From: Heptranchias perlo | Taxonomy: Eukaryota | Assembly: GCF_035084215.1 (NCBI RefSeq) | Contig: NC_090353.1 | Location: 19,902,001-19,966,000 of the forward strand | Length of the DNA: 64,000 nt | Reading direction: 5' to 3' | Shown: positions 57,001 through 64,000 of the stretch, in pieces | How positions within the stretch are numbered: position 1 is the first letter of the stretch | How the letters are laid out: each line of letters begins with the position of its first letter | Position numbers and translations under genes: made by a program | The notes under the pieces: model-generated | Databases searched by the model: none | Seen by the model: the letters and a program-made list of their open reading frames with translations, nothing else | Told to the model about the DNA's origin: nothing

Positions 57001-60000
57001 TTTCCAACCTCTAGATGTGATGCAAATTACTCAGTAATATAACTTATCCATGTTGCAACAGCAGCAGAATGTCAAGTGACAAAGCCATAAGATTCTCTGC
57101 TGAATTATTTGAGCTGACAACATTCGACAATAATATTTTGTTATTATTGCTCGAGCATGTTTCTAAACTTGAATTAGATTGAACGGAATCAGAATTGCAC
57201 CGCTGATAAAAGTGTGCTGGTATACTCACCACTTGTTGAAGTGAGTGGTGTGGTTGAGATTGCTGTTGATTCAATTGTCAATGTTTGAGAAGTGCTCTCT
57301 GCAGTAGTTGCTACTGTTGCACTTGTTGAGGCGAGAGCTGATACAGAGGTCGCTACTGCAGTGGAGGTCTGTGTACTTGCAGTGGATGCTTCTGTTGTTG
57401 CTGTGAAATTAACTGATCTCATTATTGTGGCAAACATAAAACTTGAAAAATCATACCATGAATTATGCATGAGAGACAACTTGCTATGTATTTCCAACCT
57501 CGAGATATGTTGCAAATTACTCAGCAATATAACATATCCATGTTGGAACAACAGCAAAATGTCAAGTGACAAAGCCATAAGATTCTCTGCTGAATTATTG
57601 TAGCTGACAACAAACCACAATAATATTTTGTTATTATTGCTCGAGTATGTTTCTAAACTTGCATTGGATTGAATGGAATCAGAATTAAACTGCTGATAAA
57701 AGTGTGCTGGTGTACTGACCACTTGTTGAAGTGAGTGGTGTGGTTAAGATTGCTGTTGATTCAATTGTCACTGTTTGAGAGGTGCTCTCTGCAGTTGTCG
57801 GTTCTCTTGTACTTGTTGAGGCGGGAGCTGATGTAGAGGTCGTTGCTGCGGTGGAGGTCTCTGTACTTGCAGTGGATGCTTCTGTTGTTGCTGTGAAAGT
57901 AACTGATCTCATTATTGAGGCAAACATAAAATTTGGTAGAACACACTGAATTTTTAATTAAGGACAAATTGCTCTGTATTTTTAATACCTAGATACAATG
58001 CAAATTACTGAGTAATGTAACATATTCATGTTGCAACAGCAGCAGATTGTCAACTGATAATTGCACGTGATTCTTCAAAGCACTATTGCAGCTGACAACA
58101 CACAACAACAATATTTTGTTACTTTTTGCTGAAGCATATTTGCAAACTTGCATTAGAGAGAAAGGAATCAGAATGAAACGGTTCATAAGGGTGCACTAGT
58201 CTACACACCACTTGTTGTTGAAGTGAGTTGTGTTGATGAGATTGTCGTTGATTCACTTGTCGAAGCTTGAGTCGTGCTTTCTGTGGTTGTTGGTACTGTT
58301 GTAATTGTTGCGGCGGGAGCTGATCCAGAGGTCGCTACTGCAGTGGAGGTCTGTGTACTTGCAGTGGATGCTTCTGTTGTTGCTGTGAAAGTAACTGATC
58401 TTATTATTGTGGCAAACATAAAACTTGAAAAAACATACTATGAATTGTGCAGAGACAAATTGCTTTGTATTTCCAACCTCTAGATATGATGCAAATTACT
58501 CAGTAATATAACTTATCCATGTTGCAACTGCAGCAGAATGTCAAGTGACAAAGCCATAAGATTCTCTGCTGAATTATTTTAGCTGACAACATTCGACAAT
58601 AATATTTTGTTATTATTGCTCGAGCATGTTTCTAAACTTGAATTAGATTGAACGGAATCAGAATTGCACCGCTGATAAAAGTGTGCTGGTATACTCACCA
58701 CTTGTTGAAGTGAGTGGTGTGGTTGAGATTGCTGTTGATTCAATTGTCAATGTTTGAGAAGTGCTCTCTGCAGTAGTTGCTACTGTTGCACTTGTTGAGG
58801 CGAGAGCTGATACAGAGGTCGCTACTGCAGTGGAGGTCTGTGTACTTGCAGTGGATGCTTCTGTTGTTGCTGTGAAATTAACTGATCTCATTATTGTGGC
58901 AAACATAAAACTTGAAAAAACATACCATGAATTATGCATGAGAGACAACTTGCTATGTATTTCCAACCTCTAGATATGTTGCAAATTACTCAGTAATATA
59001 ACATATCCATGTTGGAACAACAGCAAAATGTCAAGTGACAAAGCCATAAGATTCTCTGCTGAATTATTGTAGCTGACAACAAACCACAATAATATTTTGT
59101 TATTATTGCTCGAGTATGTTTCTAAACTTGCATTAGAGAGAAAGGAATCAGAATGAAACGGTTCATAAGGGTGCACTAGTCTACACACCACTTGTTGTTG
59201 AAGTGAGTTGTGATGATGAGATTGTCGTTGATTCACTTGTCGAAGCTTCAGTCGTGCTTTCTGTGGTTGTTGGTACTGTTGTACTTGTTGAGGCGGGAGC
59301 TGATACAGAGGTCGGTGCTGCGGTGGAGGTCTGTGTACTTGCAGTGGATGCTTCTGTTGTTGCTGTGAAAGTAACTGATCTTATTATTGTGGCAAACATA
59401 AAACTTGAAAAAACATACTATGAATTGTGCAGAGACAAATTGCTTTGTATTTTTAACCTCTAGATATCATGCAAATTACTGAGTAATATAACATATTCAT
59501 ATTGCAACAGCAGCAGAATGTCAAGTGACAACGCCATCAGATTCTCTGCTGAATTATTGTTGCTGACAACATTCTACAATAATATTTTGTTATTATTGCT
59601 CGAGTATGTTTCTAAACTTGCATTAGATTGAATGGAATCAGAATTAAACTGCTGATAAAAGTGTGCTGGTATACTGACCACTTGTTGAAGTGAGTGGTGT
59701 GGTTGATATTGCTGTTGATTCAATTGTCACTGTTTGTGAGGTGCTATCTGCAGTTGTAGGTACTGTTGTACTTGTTGAGGCTGGAGCTGATATAGAGGTC
59801 GGTGCTGCGGTGGAGGTCTGTGTACTTGCAGTGGATGCTTCTGTTGTTGCTGTGAAAGTAACTGATCTCATTATTGTGGCAAACATAAAACTTGAAAAAA
59901 CATACCATGAATTATGCAGAGACAAATTGCTTTGTATTTTTAACCTCTAGATATAATGCAAATTACTGAGTAATATAACTTATCCATGTTGCAACAGCAG

Positions 60001-63000
60001 CAGAATGTCAAGTGACAAAGCCATAAGATTCTCTGCTGAATTATTTTAGCTGACAACATTCGACAATAATATATTGTTATTATTGCTCGAGTATGTTTCT
60101 AAACTTGAATTAGATTGAACGGAATCAGAATTGTACCGCTGATAAAAGTGTGCTGGTATACTCACCACTTGTTGAAGTGAGTGGTGTGGTTAAGATTGCT
60201 GTTGATTCAATTGTCACTGTTTGAGAGGTGCTCTCTGCAGTTGTCGGTACTGTTGTACTTGTTGAGGCGGGAGCTGATGTTGAGGTCATTGCTGCGGTGG
60301 AGGTCTGTGTACTTGCAGTGGATGCTTCTGTTGTTGCTGTGAAAGTAACTGATCTCATTATTGAGGCAAACATAATATTTGGTAGAACACGTTGAATTAT
60401 ACATTAAGGACAAATTGCTCTGTATTTTTAATACCTAGATACAATGCAAATTACTGAGTAATATAACATATTCATGTTGTAACAGCAGCAGATTGTCAAC
60501 TGATAATTGCACTTGATTCTTCACAGCACTATTGCAGCTGACAACACACAACAACAATATTTTGTTACTTTTTGCTGAAGCATATTTGCAAACTTGCATT
60601 CGAGAGAAAGGAATCAGAATGAAACGGTTCATCAGGGTGCACTAGTCTACACACCACTTGTTGTTGAAGTGAGTTGTGTTGATGAGATTGTCGTTGATTC
60701 ACTTGTCGAAGCTTGAGTCGTGCTTTCTGTGGTTGTTGGTACTGTTGTAATTGTTGCGGCGGGAGCTGATGCAGAGGTCGCTACTGCAGTGGAGGTCTGT
60801 GTACTTGCAGTGGATGCTTCTGTTGTTGCTGTGAAAGTAACTGATCTCATTATTGTGGCAAACATAAAACTTGAAAAAACATACTATGAATTATGCAGAG
60901 ACAAATTGCTTTGTATTGTTAACCTCTAGATATAATGCAAATTACTGAGTAATATAACACATTCATGTTGCAACAGCAGCAGAATGTCAAATGACAAAGC
61001 CATAAGATTCTCTGCTGAATTATTGTAGCTGACAACAAACCACAATAATATTTTGTTATTATTGCTCGAGTATGTTTCTAAACTTGCATTAGATTGAATG
61101 GAATCAAAATTAAACTGCTGATAAAAGTGTGCTGGTATACTGACCACTTGTTGAAGTGAGTGGTGTGGTTGAGATTGCTGTTGATTCAATTGTCACTGTT
61201 TGTGAGGTGCTCTCTGCAGTTGTCGGTACTGTTGTACTTGTTGAGGCTGGAGCTGATATAGAGGTCGGTGCTGCGGTGGAGGTCTGTGTACTTGCAGTGG
61301 ATGCTTCTGTTGTTGCTGTGAAAGTAACTGATCTCATTATTGTGGCAAACATAAAACTTGAAAAAACATACCATGAATTATGCAGAGACAAATTGCTTTG
61401 TATTTTTAACCTCTAGATATAATGCAAATTCCTGAGTAATATAACTTATCCATGTTGCAACAGCAGGAGAATGTCAAGTGACAAAGCCATAAGATTCTCT
61501 GCTGAATTATTTTAGCTGACAACATTCTACAATAATATTTTGTTATTATTGCTCGAGTATGTTTCTAAACTTCAATTGGATTGAACGGAATCAGAATTGC
61601 ACCGCTGATAAAAGTGTGCTGGTATACTCACCACTTGTTGAAGTGAGTGGTGTGGTTAAGATTGCTGTTGATTCAATTGTCACTGTTTGAGAGGTGCTCT
61701 CTGCAGTTGTCGGTACTGTTGTACTTGTTGAGGCGGGAGCTGATATAGAGGTCATTGCTGCGGTGGAGGTCTGTGTACTTGCAGTTGATGCTTCTGTTGT
61801 TGCTGTGAAAGTAACTGATCTCATTATTGAGGCAAACATAATATTTGGTAGAACACATTGAATTATACATTAAGGACAAATTGCTCTGTATTTTTAATAC
61901 CTAGATACAATGCAAATTACTGAGTAATATAACATATTCATGTTGCAACAGCAGCAGATTGTCAACTGATAATTGCACGTGATTCTTCAAAGCACTATTG
62001 CAGCTGACAACACACAACAACAATATTTTGTTACTTTTTGCTGAAGCATATTTGCAAACTTGCATTAGAGAGATAGGAATCAGAATGAAACGGTTCATAA
62101 GGGTGCACTAGTCTACACACCACTTGTTGTGGAAGTGAGTTGTGTTGATGAGATTGTCGTTGATTCACTTGTCGAAGCTTGAGTCGTGCTTTCTGTGGTT
62201 GTTGGTACTGTTGTAATTGTTGCGGCGGGAGCTGATGCAGAGGTCGCTACTGCAGTGGAGGTCTGTGTACTTGCAGTGGATGCTTCTGTTGTTGCTGTGA
62301 AAGTAACTGATCTCATTATTGTGGCAAACATAAAACTTGAAAAAACATACGATGAATTATGCAGAGACAAATTGCTTTGTATTTTTAACCTCTAGATATC
62401 ATGCAAATTACTGAGTAATATAACATATTCATGTTGCAACAGCAGCAGAATGTCAAGTGACCAAGCCATCAGATTCTCTGCTGAATTATTGTTGCTGACA
62501 ACATTCTACAATAATATTTTGTTATTATTGCTCGAGTATGTTTCTAAACTTGCATTAGATTGAATGGAATCAGAATTAAACTGCTGATAAAAGTGTGCTG
62601 GTATACTCACCACTTGTTGAAGTGAGTGGTGTGGTTGATATTGCTGTTGATTCAATTGTCAATGTTTGAGAGGAGATCTCTGCAGTTGTCGGTACTGTTG
62701 TACTTGTTGAGGCTGGAGCTGATATAGAGGTCGGTGCTGCAGCGGAGGTCTGTGTACTTGTAGTTGATACTTCTGTTGTTGCTGTGAAAGTAATTGATCT
62801 TATTATTGAGGCAAACATAAAACTTGGAACAACATACTCCGAATTATGCATTTAAGACAAACTGCTCTGTTTATTTTTCATACCTATATAGAATGTAAAT
62901 TAGTTACAAATATAACATATTCATGTTGCAACAGCAGCAGAGTGTCAACTGACAATTGCACGTGATTCTTCGCAGCACAACTGTAGCTGACAACACACGA

Positions 63001-63763
63001 CAATAATATTTTGTTATTGTTGCTCGAGTATGTTTCTAAACTTGAATTAGATTGAACGGAATCAGAATTGCACCGCTGATAAAAGTGTGCTGGTATACTC
63101 ACCACTTGTTGAAGTGAGTGGTGTGGTTGAGATTGCTGTTGATTCAATTGTCAATGTTTGAGAAGTGCTCTCTGCAGTAGTTGCTACTGTTGCACTTGTT
63201 GAGGCGAGAGCTGATACAGAGGTCGCTACTGCAGTGGAGGTCTGTGTACTTGCAGTGGATGCTTCTGTTGTTGCTGTGAAATTAACTGATCTCATTATTG
63301 TGGCAAACATAAAACTTGAAAAAACATACCATGAATTATGCATGAGAGACAACTTGCTGTGCATTTCCAACCTCTAGATATGTTGCAAATTACTCAGTAA
63401 TATAACATATCCATGTTGGAACAACAGCAAAATGTCAAGTGACAAAGCCATAAGATTCTCTGCTGAATTATTGTAGCTGACAACAAACCACAATAATATT
63501 TTGTTATTATTGCTCGAGTATGTTTCTAAACTTGCATTAGATTGAATGGAATCAGAATTAAACTGCTGATAAAAGTGTGCTGGTATACTGACCACTTGTT
63601 GAAGTGAGTGGTGTGGTTAAGATTGCTGTTGATTCAATTGTCACTGTTTGAGAGGTGCTCTCTGCAGTTGTCGGGACTGTTGTACTTGTTGAGGCGGGAG
63701 CTGATGTATAGGTCGTTGCTGCGGTGGAGGTCTCTGTACTTGCAGTGGATGCTTCTGTTGTTG
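1..63763 (-). CDS. Partial multi-exon gene: MUC16-like mucin (exon-array PTS domain followed by tandem SEA modules); both ends lie outside the window
   Basis: The exons checked (below) have AG/GT boundaries and compatible phases, consistent with one stop-free spliced frame. The SEA translation resembles MUC16 tandem SEA repeats (FNVTF..TNL, paired Cys, LGTYxLDxxSLYVDGY). Orthology was not tested. Confidence 0.85.
686..712 (-). CDS. SEA module 2, micro-exon d (27 nt)
   Basis: ttttttag / CCA|GTGAGT; GYHELTPSP. Confidence 0.85.
878..1047 (-). CDS. SEA module 2, exon c (170 nt)
   Basis: ttttaacag / ATG|GTATTT; SLANVGNTSVYAICTFRNDSTAQEVDKVTVYHEFRDNTKNISTLGTYSLDSNSLYVD. Confidence 0.9.
1603..1670 (-). 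CDS. SEA module 2, exon b (68 nt)
   Basis: attgcag / CAG|GTGAGG; LTDLYNKSKINATFSSCKAVSF. Confidence 0.9.
1808..1968 (-). CDS. SEA module 2, exon a (161 nt)
   Basis: ctcctgatag / CAG|GTAACC; TTPPIVTTTQTPSLEVKPIEFNVTFVITNLAFTKSLQDSTSSLYNSATNIISHQ. Confidence 0.9.
2031..4435 (+). mobile_element. Degenerate non-LTR retrotransposon (APE endonuclease + RT) with a tRNA-like 5' head; clade unresolved
   Basis: EN fragments (PDIAILTESYL, RGGGTVIY, GDFN) and RT fragments (NYRPISLLS, QFGFR, LDIKAAFDRVWH). Frameshifts and internal deletions (no YADD region); A-rich 3' tail at ~4421-4435. Confidence 0.85.
2040..2113 (+). promoter_or_regulatory. tRNA-like RNA polymerase III internal promoter (A and B boxes)
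   Basis: TAGCATAGTGG at 2040-2050 and GAGTTCAAATCC at 2102-2113. Confidence 0.6.
4842..5052. mobile_element. Penelope-like element-derived insertion: 176-bp perfect palindrome plus 35-bp tail
   Basis: Arms 4842-4929 and 4930-5017 are exact reverse complements. Flanking direct repeat tatgtgctgtaaa at 4831-4843 and 5053-5065. Contains a CTGACGA..GAAA core. Confidence 0.8.
6100..6230 (-). mobile_element. Old CR1 3'-end fragment
   Basis: acagcacagaaacaggccattcagccca resembles the CR1 3' UTR ends near 13590 and 16930. Confidence 0.5.
7068..7094 (-). CDS. SEA module 1, micro-exon d (27 nt, phase 1-1)
   Basis: ttttttcag / CCA|GTAAGT; GYHESAALT. Confidence 0.85.
7593..7762 (-). CDS. SEA module 1, exon c (170 nt, phase 2-1)
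   Basis: gtggcag / ATG|GTATAT; RPASDGNSTIEAICTFIKSATAQQVDKVPLYHEFQDNTKNITTLGTYLLDSNSLFID. Confidence 0.9.
8183..8393 (+). mobile_element. Degenerate Deu-domain SINE (SacSINE1/AmnSINE1-like)
   Basis: B-box-like ggttcaaactc, then ccagtgcagtactgaggga..ggtgccgtctttcgga and tgtttgtggga..aaattggctgccgc; recognised from memory of the family. Confidence 0.6.
9340..9407 (-). CDS. SEA module 1, exon b (68 nt, phase 0-2)
   Basis: ttcctacag / CAG|GTAAGA; LNNLYNNSKVNSTFSNCRSVSF. Confidence 0.9.
9497..9657 (-). CDS. SEA module 1, exon a (161 nt, phase 1-0)
   Basis: ctttcttttatag / AAG|GTAAGT; VEPPIVPVTDKPVQETQTKNFNVTFNVLTLPFTPSLQNLSSPLYTAESSNILDK. Confidence 0.9.
9736..9900 (-). mobile_element. CR1-type 3'-end fragment
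   Basis: aacataacaacataagaaataggagcaggagtaggcc: short-repeat tail plus 3' UTR. Confidence 0.6.
10429..10572 (-). CDS. Unique PTS exon, 144 nt, phase 1-1
   Basis: gttcaacag acceptor, CAG|GTACAG donor (weak); ESSSSLTPSATETPSTSIQTSTTVPETTSAVLVISSEASTTQTTSMMT. Confidence 0.7.
11582..11770 (-). CDS. Unique PTS exon, 189 nt, phase 1-1
   Basis: Poly-T tract then gtttaaatag acceptor, CAG|GTAAAA donor; ATSATSVPAAAEIFSTTAETATSLTITQTSS...ARPATT. Confidence 0.8.
12165..12380 (+). pseudogene. Decayed Myb/SANT-like domain, probably a Harbinger remnant
   Basis: Translates, with stops and frameshifts, to HFADDEVEVLL...EEIADKVSAV...DLKKNTKV, similar in pattern to the Myb-like ORF at 20840-21060. Confidence 0.45.
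13580..14478 (-). mobile_element. 5'-truncated CR1 LINE interrupted by a MITE
   Basis: ORF 13685-14236: YKSLVSPQLEY...LERVQRRFTR...LEQRRLRGDLIEVFKI, the CR1 ORF2 C-terminus. Confidence 0.9.
14156..14398. mobile_element. MITE with long terminal inverted repeats (Harbinger-like termini)
   Basis: gggggtgattttaaaccccaagaacgggtggg... pairs with ...cccacccgttcttggggtttaaaattaccccc; imperfect arms ~80 bp; it splits the CR1 sequence. Confidence 0.85.
14948..15121 (-). CDS. Last (3'-most) PTS repeat exon of the array, 174 nt
   Basis: tttcacag / G|GTGAAT; ASTETSTASTQTSTAAPTSTLAPTSTGTTIPTNSESSTQASTTESTTISIAPVTSITR. Confidence 0.8.
15440..15610 (-). CDS. PTS repeat exon, 171 nt
   Basis: tttcgcag / G|GTGAGT. 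Confidence 0.8.
15930..16100 (-). CDS. PTS repeat exon, 171 nt
   Basis: tttcgcag / G|GTGAGT. Confidence 0.8.
16420..16590 (-). CDS. PTS repeat exon, 171 nt
   Basis: tttcacag / G|GTGAGT; T/S-rich open frame. Confidence 0.8.
17528..17648. mobile_element. Second Penelope-like hairpin insertion, nested in CR1
   Basis: Tail atgatgtggagatgccggtgatggactgggg is the reverse complement of ~5023-5053. 39-bp inverted arms span 17565-17645. TSD ctaataaag at 17519-17527 and 17649-17657. Confidence 0.8.
19285..21328. mobile_element. PIF/Harbinger DNA transposon (internally deleted), nested in CR1
   Basis: 3-bp TSD ATG; imperfect TIRs gggcgacattttagca / tgctaacatcgggccc. Plus-strand HARBI1-like fragment (LPVAVKVTTALNNFSSASFQGATGDIADVSQSS) converges on a minus-strand Myb/SANT-like fragment (KAWLEVAEEVTS..CIQCRRRSNDL). 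Confidence 0.85.
21591..21749 (-). CDS. PTS repeat exon, 159 nt (12-nt in-frame deletion)
   Basis: tttcacag acceptor, G|GTCAGT donor, 53 codons. Confidence 0.75.
22050..22217 (-). CDS. PTS repeat exon, 168-nt diverged copy
   Basis: tatcgcag acceptor, G|GTGAGT donor, length a multiple of 3. Confidence 0.75.
24962..25132 (-). CDS. PTS repeat exon, canonical 171-nt class (example)
   Basis: tttcacag acceptor, G|GTGAGT donor, 57 codons. Confidence 0.85.
27759..29444 (+). mobile_element. Young 5'-truncated CR1 LINE, copy A, with uninterrupted 472-aa RT ORF (27775-29193)
   Basis: RT motifs GVPQGSVLGP and KFADDTK; ttctatgattcta tail; tgatt duplicated at 27754-27758 and 29445-29449; intronic. Confidence 0.95.
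39864..40037 (-). CDS. PTS repeat exon, 174-nt variant class (example; 12 copies counted)
   Basis: Encodes ...TTESTTQASTSESTTISSTQLTSTTS; donor G|GTGTGT; 58 codons, frame preserved. Confidence 0.7.
41684..43369 (+). mobile_element. CR1 LINE copy B (duplicated with the array, offset 13,925 bp)
   Basis: Same 5' truncation point, same flanks and same intronic site as copy A; the proteins differ at 2 positions (G/A, I/K). Confidence 0.95.
63593..63763 (-). CDS. PTS repeat exon (most 5' copy in window), 171 nt, phase 1-1
   Basis: Acceptor tttcacag, donor G|GTCAGT; 57 codons with no stop. Confidence 0.8.
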
Positions 63764-64000
63764 CTGTGAAAGTAACTGATCTCATTATTGAGGCAAACAT
63801 AAAATTTGGTAGAACACACTGAATTTTTCATTAAGGACAAATTGCTCTGTATTTTTAATACCTAGATACAATGCAAATTACTGAGTAATATAACATATTC
63901 ATGTTGTAACAGCAGCAGATTGTCAACTGATAATTGCACGTGATTCTTCACAGCACTATTGCAGCTGACAACACACAACAACAATATTTTGTTACTTTTT

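Larger units (their letters stand above)
14948..64000 (-). repeat. Tandem array of ~487-492 bp exon+intron units; 84 mucin PTS exons counted
   Basis: Recurring unit. Minus strand reads ...ctttcacag|CAACAACAGAAGCATCC...ACTTCAACAAGTG|gtgagt, and the exon encodes ~ATTEASTASTQTSTAAPTSISAPASTSTTVPTTAESTSQTLTIESTAISTTPLTSTS. For ORF-track entries starting MFA at position P, the exon starts at P-37. Interrupted only by three CR1 insertions. Confidence 0.95.

Noticed and set aside
49874-57722. Longer ORFs reading through array introns (181 aa, 177 aa, 141 aa)
   Set aside because: Chance loss of a stop in single copies; they enter from a different frame and are not conserved across units.
15571-63377. 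Repeated plus-strand Val/Ala-rich ORFs (MLVYSPLVEVSGVV...)
   Set aside because: They are the antisense shadow of ACA/TCA/GCA-rich mucin codons; many start at GTG/TTG and are broken by stops in other copies.
15405-63800. MFA(S/T)IMRSVTF... ORFs as about 80 separate small secreted-protein genes
   Set aside because: The N- and C-terminal extensions lie beyond clear AG and GT sites, the ATG is lost in some copies, and there are no per-unit promoter or poly-A signals. The exon model links in phase to the SEA exons.
14948-64000. CRISPR array or non-coding satellite interpretation
   Set aside because: Units are ~490 bp with no unique spacers and no cas genes. The context is eukaryotic, and the units have splice sites and frame-preserving exons.

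Overview
Eukaryotic (vertebrate) genomic DNA, probably from a cartilaginous fish judging by its repeats (CR1 LINEs, a Deu-domain SINE, Penelope-type hairpins, Harbinger elements). The whole window lies inside one large minus-strand gene for a MUC16-like mucin, and neither gene end is in the window. From about 14.9 kb to the right edge is a tandem array of ~487-492 bp units. Each unit is one ~171-nt phase-1/phase-1 exon encoding a 57-aa Thr/Ser/Ala/Pro-rich repeat plus a ~318-nt intron. I count 84 such exons (~4,800 aa), arranged in higher-order duplications. Downstream are two unique PTS exons, two complete four-exon SEA modules (161/68/170/27 nt) and the start of a third. Introns carry nested transposable elements, including a CR1 copy duplicated together with the array. 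Exon boundaries were read by eye from splice signals and reading frame; there is no transcript evidence.
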